Source of the DNA: Macrostomum lignano
Taxonomy: Eukaryota
Direction of reading: 5' to 3'
DNA: 64,000 bases
Assembly (NCBI GenBank): GCA_002269645.1
Contig: NIVC01000154.1
Coordinates: 44,319-108,318 of the forward strand
Below are positions 12,912-24,792 of the stretch, one piece after another. The position numbers and the translations under genes are program-made. A model generated the notes under the pieces. It was not told where the DNA came from and did no database searches. It saw nothing but the letters and a program-made list of their open reading frames with translations. Each line of letters starts with the position of its first letter. Position 1 is the stretch's first letter.

Positions 12912-15354
12912 ACATGTATAAAAGACATATAGGTAATAGTATCCTATCAATTGAAAAAAAATTAAGCAAATGCTTATTTTAGGCAAAAATGATGTTTTCC
13001 ACTAGCTAGTAGTAATAATGGTAGTCATAAAATATAATGAAAATTAGCAAATTTAGTTTTTATCTTTATAAAGTTTTTATTATTTAGCTACTAATTAATA
13101 ACCATTCCATATATAGAGTATAGTTAAAATAGCATACACTAGAAATTTTTTTGACGACAATATATCCACTATCTATGCCCTGTCTCTAATTATGATTGTG
13201 TAAATTGAAACAAACAAAAGAGCCCACTGGAACTATGTCTATGTTCAAAACTAATAATTCTTCATTCTAATACTAATAGAAGTCTAGAAGACTAATAAAA
13301 CAGAACTCCAATAAACGACAAATTAGGAAGTCTAAAAAAGACAAATCAAGAAGTATATTATCCTTGCTTGTATGAGTTAAATGTTTTACTTTTAAGTAAC
13401 ATTGAATGCACATGAACTATGCTGCTGCTGCACCAAATAGTAAAAAGAATTGCGATGTAAAGAAATTGAAAATGTGCATTGGCGCGTCAGAATTAATGAA
13501 GAATGAATAACAAAACAATACATAAAATAAAACTTTAAACTAATGTATTAGAGACAGGGAAAAATTTACAAATGAATTTTAGTATTTCAATTTGAAATAG
13601 CTGAGTATAGTAATTTGCCTTGTTATCAATGTGATGGATGGCGGATTTGTCGGTAAAATACATGGTTTGTTGACATTTTATGTCATAAAGGGATAAAGCC
13701 CACGTTTCGTGCGTGCTAAAAGATAGTAATTTCCTTAATTTTAGTAGTCTTGATTTAAGTCTTACTAAAACAAAACTGTAATAATAACTTAAGACGAAGA
13801 AATAGAAATATAGTTAATTTTTTTTGCCACAAAAGCTTCAACATCTGTCCTTTATGCTCATTTCTGAACCAAATATTTATCGTTAAAGAATTTGTATACA
13901 GTGACCCACCTTTCTGCTTCAATTTGAAGGAGTTTTACTAAAGCAGGAAGGGCACTCAAAAATGCATACATGTATATCTCTTGGAAAATGTTGTAGGCGG
14001 TTGTTAACGAAAATATACATGCACACTAAACGAGCGTAGAGATGCCAAGGACCACTTGCAGTATACAGTGGTCCTTGCGAGATTCATGCAGTAAAAATTC
14101 TAGAATACACAAGTTTGATCGTTGCAGTAGTATCGAATCTAGCAATTCTTACCGCATTACATATGTAAAAGTGTTGTTTGAACGACATACAGACCGCCTG
14201 TTCACTCATACATGTACGAGTATATATGCAAATATATTCTTGCTTATCTCTTATAAATGTACACCATTTTGCTATTTTTCGAGCTGTGCGAAATCGATCC
14301 AGCTTTGAAGACAAGCAAATGTAGCTAATATTTTGCAAGAAATCCTAGCTTATAATGTAGTAAATTCCTTCCGTCACGGAATGCGATCTCAGATACATGG
14401 TGGGTCCAACGCAATACACAAGTGGCTAGAGAAAGCTTAGGCTTATTTTAAATTCGTATACGAATTCGAGTTACAGATGGATAGCTAATAATGATGCGTG
14501 TGTGGTGTGCTTAATCAGATACATGCTGCAGAGATTCATCGGACATATATGTGCACTTCAAGTGCACAAGATCGATATTGAATTGTCCGAGCTATTTTTT
14601 AGCTTGAATCTGCAAGCCCTACTATGATTAACTAATCAATCAGTGGCCGGTTTCCACTTTCTACAGATGAGTTCGAATTGAAGCGAGCCAGCCAGATCAA
14701 CTACTGTGTACGGCATGACTGAATCCATTAAAAAGCTATTCATATTTTGAGCAATCAACCTTGGTCTCCGGGGCGGAGCGAGCGCGTGCCTTCCGGTGAA
14801 TCCTCGTTGGACCTGAACAATGGGGCCCGCACCTGTGAAAGTAGGGCAGCAGGTGGGGGCTCAAATTCAATTTCCTGAGCGCGGGACCGTTCGGCTTTGA
14901 CCAATTGCTGCTTCAGCGAAAGCATCACGAAATAGAAGAGAGCAGCCATGAGAAGAGAAACCCCTCCATATCCCTCTCGTGCAACTCTTGTCATAGTTTT
15001 ACCCTATCCAGACTGCCTCTGATCCCAGTTTCTGATCTCAATCCATCAATTATCTCAAACGGTTGAGTGGCTTTCGTGTTCGATTCGCCGCTTTTGTTCT
15101 TCATCGTCGTCGATAAACAGCGAATCCCAGACATTTCCCTTCCCTCCTCTTTATCTGCCGGTCGGCCGAGAATCAAGAGAGGACCACTTCAGAAAGTATT
15201 GAATATTTTGATTGGATACAGTATGAATGATAGCGGGCTATTTGTTCAATCAAAACTCTCGACTTTTTTCTCATCTTACTAGATATGGAAAGTTGAGAAA
15301 ACTCCGATCCAAATATTGGTTAAATATAATTTTAGCGGCATTACCGGTGTCACT

Positions 15355-16326
15355 AGGGCAATATTAGAGACAGCAGGGCACTATTAGAAACAGCAGGGCA
15401 CTATTAGAGATAACAGGGCACTATTAGAGATAACAGGGCACTATTAGAGATAACAGGGCACTATTAGAGACAACAGGGCACTATTAGAGACAGCAGGGCA
15501 CTATTAGAAACAACAGGGCACTATTAGAGACAGCAGGGCACTATTAGAAACAGCAGGGCACTATTAGAGACAACAGGGCACTATTAGAGACAGCAGGGCA
15601 CTATTAGAGACAGCAGGGCACTATTAGAGACAACAGGGCACTATTAGAGATAACAGGGCACTATTAGAGACAACAGGGCACTATTAGAGACAGCAGGGCA
15701 CTATTAGAGATAACAGGGCACTATTAGAGACATCAGGGCACTATTAGAGACAGCAGGGCACTATTAGAAACAACAGGGCACTATTAGAGACAGCAGGGCA
15801 CTATTAGAAACAGCAGGGCACTATTAGAAACAACAGGGCACTATTAGAGACAGCAGGGCACTATTAGAAACAGCAGGGCACTATTAGAAACAACAGGGCA
15901 CTATTAGAGACAGCAGGGCACTATTAGAAACAGCAGGCACTATTAGAGACATCAGGGCACTATTAGAGACATCAGGGCACTATTAGAGACATCAGGGCAC
16001 TATTAGAAACAGCAGGGCACTATTAGAGACAGCAGGGCACTATTAGAAACAGCAGGGCACTATTAGAGACAACAGGGCACTATTAGAAACAGCAGGGCAC
16101 TATTAGAGACATCAGGGCACTATTAGAAACAGCAGGGCACTATTAGAGACAGCAGGGCACTATTAGAAACAGCAGGGCACTATTAGAGACATCAGGGCAC
16201 TATTAGAAACAGCAGGGCACTATTAGAGACATCAGGGCACTATTAGAGATAACAGGGCACTATTAGAAACAGCAGGGCACTATTAGAAACAGCAGGGCAC
16301 TATTAGAGACAGCAGGGCACTATTAG
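15355..16326. repeat. 20-bp minisatellite (GGGCACTATTAGAGACAGCA)n
   Basis: About 48 tandem copies. Confidence 0.95.
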
Positions 16327-17664
16327 TTGCGCTACCAAAGGCATGTTTTTTCTAAGAACAACTTAATATAGTAAAATATTTTTGAGACACTACATGGGTC
16401 ACGACACCAACGCCCTTTCAGACAGATTTTCAGCTGCTTAAAATCCATGCTATTTCTACTTTTCGGCCAAGTTCGTGTTACTTTTTTCTCTGACGCCTTT
16501 CTTCTTTCACTTCCCGTTGCCACTGGCAACACACCAGCGTCATTGCATTGCATATCGACTTGCGCTCCACGCATATAGACTATCCAATTTGCCCACTCTT
16601 CCGTTTGGGGGGTTTTGTTGGCTCACTTGGGCCGATCAGAAACTGCACATGGGGAGAAAAGGTGCAGGACTTCAGACTGACGACGAGAAGACAGCGATGC
16701 AAATAAAGTGTCTCTGCAGTTTTTTGGTGGACCAGCAGGGCAATCATCCCCCCAATGGATTGGTCTAACTCATCGATTGAGTGCTGATAAATTTTAGCAT
16801 CACAATTTATATAGCTTTTATTCTCTCGTGTTAGCTCAATGACCGTTTGCCCCGACAGGCAGCATAGCCCGAGACCAAGTGTATGCGAACGGATCAAACA
16901 ATGAATGAATAAATGCTGATCGAGATACACAAGTCTTACCGGGGAGAGTGCCGCGATTACCATCCATCATCAGGCTCAGAATGCTCACTGTACTATAAAA
17001 TTGGGATTATTGAATGCTGCACGGCTGCAATTGCAGGCGATCATGACTTTTTTGGGCACCGAAAACTGTCTCGGAGCTTCTCCTAACTTGCCTAACTTGT
17101 TTGCCTCCATTCTATAGCTGGCCAAAAAGCGAAAATGGGAAGAGAGAGAGTTCAGAGTCAATCAAACAATGACTGCATTGTTTGTCCGGCTGTTAGAGCC
17201 ATCATTTTAGGCGGGATGAGGCGTAAGAGAGAATGGGAGGCTCAGTGGAGTGGGGTAATGGACTTTGTGCTACCGGGTGGAAGCAGATCTGAAAGACAGA
17301 ATTAGCCAGGAAAAAAGTAACTAAAGCTGATGCCAAATTCGTCCTAAGATGAAAAGTGACTGTGAGGACAGAGCTATAGGCTGAAATCGAAGTAATGCCC
17401 GACATTAGGCTAGCAACTAACTGATCGAACTGCTGATATTATCGTCAAATTCCTCCCTGTTTTAAGCCATGGTGGGGCTTCAGCTCCCCCTGCCATATAT
17501 GGTCAACGCATTTCCCGCTTGTGACAATTGATTTTTTTGGAACGCCTCATTTGGCTGATGAAGCAAGGAAAGCATTGCTCAGGAATCTTTAGATCAGAAA
17601 CTAACATAAACAAAAGGGAAATTGTAAGAATCGGATGAAACTGTAGATTATTTATCGCAGGGAA

Positions 17665-17995
17665 GCAGCGGGGATCACAGGGGAGCAGTGGGGATCACAG
17701 GGGAGCAGTGGGGATCACAGGGAGCAGTGGGGATCACTGAGGAGCAGTGGGGATCACAAGGGAGCAGTGGGGATCACAAGGGAGCAGTAGGGATCACAGA
17801 GGAGCAGTGGGGATCACAGGGGAGAAGTGGGGATCACAAGGGAGCAGTAGGGATCACAGAGGAGCAGTGGGGACCACAGGGGAGAAGTGGGGATCACAAG
17901 GGAGCAGTAGGGATCACAAGGGAGCAGTGGGGACCACAGGGGAGAAGTGGGGATCACAAGGGAGCAGTGGGGATCACTGGGGAGCAGTGGGGATC
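17665..17995. repeat. 20-bp minisatellite (GGGATCACAGGGGAGCAGTG)n
   Basis: Tandem periodicity. Confidence 0.9.
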
Positions 17996-19077
17996 GTGTT
18001 TTACAGAAACCGAAGACCGTTGCGTTTGCTCAGGTCTTATAATTTTACGATCCAAGCAGGCAATATCCTTGCGATAAGACGCTCGATCGCCAGGAGCAGA
18101 AAAATTGTTGAACATAAAAAGACTGGCGGATCTGCGACCCTTTGAGTGAGGCAGATTTTGGGCGAGGCCCTCGATGCAAGGATGAATTCGCTGCTGATTG
18201 GAAAGCAGTATTTAGCTAGCTGGTTACAGCAGGTTAAACAAATTCATTGAGCCCCTGTTAACCCAGACACCAAGGTGAAACTTGATCACATTGTAATAAC
18301 AATTGATGCATGAATGCAGTTCTAGAAGACTCCCCGCTTAACACTTGGTTGCGATACAGATACGAGTTGAGATGGGGCCAGGGAGCATTAGAAAGAAAAT
18401 CTGGAGTGGCGGCTAAATTTAATTGAACAATTTTTTTTACAAATTTAACACTTTGGTGAGGATTAGTTCATTGGTGTAAGGGTGTTGTTACAAAGCTGGC
18501 TCAGTAAGAGCTCCTTTGACAATCCAGATTTCTATTCGGAGGTGTCCCTGGTTGGGAGGGGGACAAATTCTGCCCCCATTCAGGCAGCGAATCAGGCACT
18601 CAGGGACCCGGCGCCCACTCAGAGAGCCAAGCCAAGAGGCTGGACCAGCTATATAAGGCCGAATTGGGACGCCAGGCTCGGATCCCGCCACTGGGGAGTC
18701 GAACCTTGTCTCTCTTAACCAGCCCGTTCTTGATAATCTGGCAACCCCGAACACCGTTCTACACCGAGATGAGGCACTGCACACTGACACTGCTTCTGGC
18801 TGTGGTCGCGGGTGAGTCCTGGCAGGTGGTAAATTGTAACTATGCGTCATTCGCACATTCCCGCCTGAAGACTTGTTCGCCTGCGCGTGTTTTTTAGGCC
18901 GGCTTAGAGGTTAGAACTCTTTTTTGTCAATTTTCTTTCAGCCGCAACACTTTCCCTTGCCGTCTCATGGGGTCGCGAAATCTTCTCAATCACGCAGCGT
19001 TTGTCGAGCAGGAGAAGACGAATGCGAGAGATTCTCCTCTGACAGGTCTGCAAACGCGTGGCGGCGCTACCCACCTC

Positions 19078-19182
<105 letters not shown>

Positions 19183-19528
19183 GCTCGATAATATCGAAGC
19201 AGAACAGTGACGAATTCTCTTATTATATCAATTAATATAGCTACGACGTCGAATTATATATAACTGGGTGGGCACACCCAACGAAGAATAGTGCGGCTCG
19301 ACTGACGGCCACTCAATTAGGAAAAGTTGCGCCTTTCAATTTCAAGCGACTCTTCATCTTTCGAATCTTTCGCCTTTTCTTCCTACTCCAGTCTTCAAGT
19401 CTTTGGCTGAATTTCCTGACGCGCTTTTTTCGTCTCCGGAGGATCGGGCAAAGCGGCAGAATTGAGCGAATTTAGAGCAATGAGTTGAGAACTATTGAGC
19501 AAAACTGGGATAGAACGGAGAGCGCAGA

Positions 19529-20102
19529 CTAACAGGCCTTCATATTTCTAATACCATCCGATATGGCTAATCTGCCGACGAGGTTTTTTATTGAATAGTT
19601 TGCCATTTTTCCCATCATCAGGCCAAAGTGTGTTTCACCAGCAGAAACCGAGTCGCACAGAGAGCATTTTTGCAATGCGTAGCGAATGACGGGCCGGTAA
19701 GGCCATGCGCACAGGCTTGGATCAACAGCGATTTGATTGATCACCTTGTCTATAGGTTAGGCAGAGGAGCCAGCATGTTTGTCATTGATATTAGCCGGGG
19801 CACAGGACCCAGGGGGGGGGGGTCGATCCCGGGCCAATTCTGATAATAAAATGTCAACTTCCCGCATCCCGGAGTTCCGGGGATTCTCGAGAGGGCGGTG
19901 GAGAGAGGGGGCGTAGAATTTGTTTGAGCAAGAATGAGTCTCGTATCTTTTGAGTGCAGATTAAACAGTTGATGACCAGATTTGGCATCCGTGGCCCATT
20001 TCTCCCCCCCCCTAGCAACTAACGCAGTCCGACTGGCCACCTGCGGTACTCACCTACGTCGAAGACAGTGAGACCAATCACGGGAATTGCGCGCTGGCTC
20101 AT
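19529..20102 (-). CDS. Putative 2-exon orphan small protein (89 aa); complement(20054..20102, 19529..19749)
   Basis: ATG at 20102; strong donor G|GTGAGT; acceptor CTAACCTATAG|. The phase-1 junction joins to MSQRAIPVIGLTVFDVDKVINQIAVDPSLCAWPYRPVIRYALQKCSLCD...KAC*. No family recognised. Confidence 0.42.
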
Positions 20103-21458
20103 ATAGTATTTTCTTTAACCATTAAGCAAACAATTTTTGGGCATCATTCTGAATACACAGAACTGCGACTGTTTCCGATCTGGTTGGGTCACCGATCCCA
20201 GCACGACGGAGTGCAAACTGCGCCTAATTAATGAGGAAATCAACCCTCCCGACCGCTACCTCTGCCTTCTCCCTCATCTCCCACTGCCTCCCATCATTCG
20301 TGTTTGAGTAGCAAATTTTTCTCCAACTAAAACTTTGCTAGTAGATAAAAAAACATTCGATAAAATATTCAAATTTTCTCTCTCTACATATTAAACGACT
20401 TTCTAGCTGCAAAAGTTTTAGTGTAAATTTATTCGAGAAAACGACCCAGAAACGGCCTGGATGGATCACGGACCAATTTTGTCTTGGATTAAACCGTAAA
20501 TTTCAGGCTCAAAACGAAGCTGAGAAGAAATAATTAATTAATAATGCAAAACGTTCTTTCCAAACCTTCAGACATACATTATTGAAGTAGCGACTTGAAT
20601 TAGAGCTCGGGGGGGGGAGCAAGCACCGCAACCCGAGGCTGACATGTTCATCGAGCGTAAAATAGGTTCTGGAATGGGGACTTCAGCGGCTATATTTATG
20701 AGCGACGTCAGTTCATCAGAGTCCGGCATCCTATACTAGAGTTCATGCTAGGCAGAAAGCAGCTCCGCTTCTGCCACTCCGCTAGGTTAATTGACAACAA
20801 GAGCCCAGCGGAGTGGTTTGCAGGGCCGGTTACGGCTGCTTGGTTTTGAGCAAAAATCTCTGCAACTTCCGATTATTTGGGCCGGTGTGTGGGGGGGGGC
20901 GGGCGGGGGTTCAGCGCTACTTAAGAGCCAGGTTTCAGGATGCGGGATGCGAAGCAAACTCACGGGGCGTGCCTAACCAGGCCATTGTGCCAGAATCGAG
21001 GGGGGGGGGTTGAAGTCAACTTTCGCCTCGTTCATTCTTCGCCTATTCTATAGTCCAATAGTTCTTTTTAATTCACTAACAGCTGGCTGGCTCGCCGCAC
21101 TTGTGTATTCACAAATCTGCAGCGGGGAGATAGATCGCCACTCTCAGCGGGACATTGTCAATGCTGGATGGGAAGCGGCGTGGCACCGGAGAGCAATAGA
21201 GATAGAATGGAATAGGTAGGAGAACAATCGGTTGCTATGGTGACTTGTGTGACAATTCATGGGAGCAGAAGCAGTCAGTACTAACACGTTCCATACAGCG
21301 CTAATCTCAGTTGATTGCATGAATGCCTCAGGAGAGTCGAGTGCGCGATGATGATTAATCTATATGGCTGCGGAACAAGCTGCGTGGTAAATGAATTGAA
21401 AACTAGCCGCTAATTGGATGATTGTTAATCCCGAACTGGATTCCCTTGCATCCCTCAG

Positions 21459-22144
21459 CCATCTGCATGATGAACGGCGCCACCGGCGAGGAAGTCAAAA
21501 AGCGCAGCTCCATCGACAACCAGGAGATTGAGCAATTTGAGCCGGAACCCTTCGACGAGGAAACCGACGATGAGGACGACGTGGACAAGAGGGCGATGCG
21601 CCTCATGCGCTTGGGCAAGAAGCGCGCCATGCGTCTAATGCGTCTGGGCAAGCGCGACTGGGACGACGGCGCGGACGAAGAGAAGCGGGCGATGCGCCTC
21701 ATGCGCCTGGGCAAGCGCGAGTGGGAGGAGGAAATGGACGAGGAGAAGCGCGCCATGCGCCTCATGCGTCTGGGCAAGCGTGACAACGACAAGCGCGCCA
21801 TGCGCCTCATGCGCCTGGGCAAGCGTGACAACGACAAGCGCGCCATGCGCCTCATGCGCCTAGGCAAGCGTGACAACGACAAGCGCGCCATGCGTCTCAT
21901 GCGTCTGGGCAAGCGTGACAACGACAAGCGCGCCATGCGCCTCATGCGCCTGGGCAAGCGTGACAACGACAAGCGGGCCATGCGCCTCATGCGCCTGGGC
22001 AAGCGTGACAACGACAAGCGGGCCATGCGCCTCATGCGCCTGGGCAAGCGTGACAACGACAAGCGGGCCATGCGCCTCATGCGCCTGGGCAAGCGTGACG
22101 ACATGGAAGAGAAGCGCGCCATGCGTCTCATGCGCCTTGGCTGA
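21459..22144 (+). CDS. Neuropeptide prohormone (myomodulin-like, flatworm npp-6/mpl type), main exon encoding 12 x AMRLMRLamide
   Basis: 12 copies of KR-AMRLMRL-G-(KR/stop) separated by acidic spacers (7 x DND). The last copy ends G-stop. Acceptor CCCTCAG| at 21458; the signal-peptide exon was not located. Confidence 0.93.
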
Positions 22145-23076
22145 GCTTTTTAACGTTACCTTTACTCTCCGCTTTCGATTTAACAGTCTCTCTATATTTG
22201 TCTCTCGTCCCGCCCGATATACTAAACAAAGACTGACTGCTTGAAAATGGAAACCAGAATGCCCCAGCGCCACCGGAACCTCCTTGACTAGCGCTTGAGA
22301 CTAGGCAATGGCAGGCAAAGAGCTCGAAAAAAAGAACAAGAGAACAAGCAGGCCACCAATGAGACTAAGCCCAGATTGACAAATAACCATGCTTCGATAA
22401 TAATAAAACAGCGTTGCGACCAAAAAATGCAACCATTTAAAAGATGATCTAATAGTTTGTTTTCGGTGATGATTCGTTAATTTTCAAGCAATTCAATGCA
22501 ACTTTTGCTTTTATCAGTGATTGGCCAATAAGAAATTCACTGCAAAGAGGGCGTCGTGCGTTCGTCGCGTTCTACTTCAGCTTATTTCTATCGTGCAAAG
22601 AAAGTTAACCTGCATCATCATTAATCCTGCCTGCTGTCAGAGTCTTAAGAGAGTTGCGATGGCAGAACAAAAATACTTGCATCATAGGATAAGCAGCGAG
22701 GGAGCTAAGACTACACAAAGGCTCCATCACTCTTTGATTGGACTCACAGAAGAATTCCAGCGACGGCTGTACGCGGAGACTCAAAAACAAGCGTCGGAGG
22801 GTTAATTAAAGATTCAATTTTTTCAGTTAAAAGCGGCAGCAGTAGCGTGAAGATACGTCAAAGGAGGTTGGAATCAACACGACGCATTTTCCTCGTTAAA
22901 GAAAGCCGAAAGGGCCCGTGTAGCCGCTCCATTATCTCATTAGTCTTTAATCCTGACGCTTTCATTTCTTCATCTTGATTTCATGAAGAGACCGTTTTTT
23001 TCTCTGTGAACGTTATCCCTTTTCGTCTAATTGAATATCCCAATCACCTTCATGACCCCTTCATGCGCGAACACTA

Positions 23077-23340
23077 GGGGGTTGTAGCCTAAGTGGTCAG
23101 AGCGTCAGACTCACGACTTGAAGGTCGGGGGTTCGATTGCCGATCCCGCTGGAACAATCTGTGTCCTTGAGCAAGACACTTAACTCTGCATTGCTTCAGT
23201 TCACCCAGCTGTAAAATGGGTGCCAGCTGGGGTAATTGAAGGGGTTGTGCGTGGCGATCCCCAGTCCTTGGACTGAACAGCCGTACGCAGTCTTCAGATG
23301 CGCCACGCACATCTGCCCAGGTAGGGCAGGTATAAAAAAA
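23077..23340 (+). mobile_element. tRNA-derived SINE with MIR/CORE-like central domain (copy 1)
   Basis: A box TAGCCTAAGTGG, B box GGTTCGATT, then GTGTCCTTGAGCAAGACACTTAAC...CAGCTGTAAAATGGG; short A tail. Homologous copies at 39.6 kb and 61.4 kb. Confidence 0.85.
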
Positions 23341-24159
23341 TCCTACCGAAGTTCACAGGCCTTACAGTTTCCTGGAACCTGCGGCGTCGCTAAAAAATAA
23401 TCCACCATCTACCAAATAAGCCTTCTACCGAATTCACCAATCTACCCAATGTATCTGTCATTTCTCTAAAAGTTAAGCTAAAAAACATCACCGAAAATTC
23501 ACTCCCACAGAGTTGGACAAATTTCGAGCTTCGGATGCTCTGTCTGAGTAGCAGGATTAGTTTAACGCAGTTATACACCTGCTTCATCACGCGACTAGTC
23601 GGCATATAATCAAGGCTGCAAATAACTTTGTCGGTAACAGAAGCACTTACTAGGCTATAGCAAACACAGGGCACTGATACTAGGCATTGGTCTCGCTCTG
23701 CATGTAACTCGGCGGCAGGGTTAATTTGATTGCTTGCAGCATCGACAGCCCCACCATGGCCCTCAGAGCCTAATCTCTCGTTGGTTTATCCGTCGAAGAC
23801 GCCACAGATTGGGGCTGTGCAGCGCCAGAGACTCATGAAAACAGCAGGAAGGGAGAAAAACTTTAATAACTTTGCATCAGGCGTCACATCTAATTCGGCC
23901 CAGGACGACATGGAATTATGACTCTTTTATCGGGAGCAGCCGCCAGCTAGCTGGAAACTGGGCCAAGCAAAGGGAAGGCTCAATTACGAGGAACGGCTCG
24001 TAAAAGAGGCGCAAGAAATGCCGAGCAATTCTTAAGCAAAACCGGTGGAGCTCAGTAAAATAATTGTGAGAACTATATTAGCTGCTCCTGAAAGTTCTCG
24101 ATAAAATAGATAGATAAATAAATATATCTAGATACGAGCCAAGATGTAGACTTGATAGA

Positions 24160-24183
24160 TTGATACAAGACGGATAGATAAAC

Positions 24184-24214
<31 letters not shown>

Positions 24215-24217
24215 TAA

Positions 24218-24290
<73 letters not shown>

Positions 24291-24303
24291 TAGACAGACA
24301 GAC

Positions 24304-24350
<47 letters not shown>

Positions 24351-24365
24351 GAGACAGACAGAAAG
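24160..24365. repeat. (GATA)n/(GACA)n compound microsatellite
   Basis: Direct observation. Confidence 0.97.
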
Positions 24366-24792
24366 ATACTGAAGTAGATAACCAGACAAGGGCAGCAATA
24401 CACACGGGATACTGGAGCAGAAGCTCAAGCTGAGTGTGGAACTGGGCCCTTAATATCCAGCTGGCATGCAAATAACCGAGCCGTTTCTCAAGAAGCGATC
24501 AGATGCGCTTCGATTCATGCGAGGCGGGCACGCAGAGCGTAGCAAAATGGAGACTCGGGAGAGACGGAGAAGCTAAAATAAGTTTCTACTACTTGAATCA
24601 AGAAGACAGACGATTGAGAAGAATGAGAATCTGAATGTTTATCAACGCATACAGCCAGTTGGCACAGTAATACAGGAAGCATTGCTTAAATATCTGGGAA
24701 ACCATGAAAGGAACGCCACCCTAGTTGTGAGAGGTGGGGTCAAATAGTATCGATAATAATGAAGTGACTTAAAAAATAGAATCTAATCTAAT

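Noticed and set aside
14667-14722. Plus-strand terminal-exon-like segment (DEFELKRASQINYCVRHD*)
   Set aside because: Good acceptor, but no upstream exon could be linked and no homology was recognised.
16330-17000. Possible degraded RTE-type LINE C-terminus (DRLPRQ-like)
   Set aside because: Only a few residues match, with multiple stops; not supportable without a search.
18483-18857. Possible solo LTR (TG...CA ends, TATATAA)
   Set aside because: No target-site duplication, no convincing PBS or PPT, and no second copy in the window.
23077-23150. Functional tRNA gene
   Set aside because: The tRNA-like head continues into a conserved SINE body shared by three copies, and the acceptor stem is not intact.
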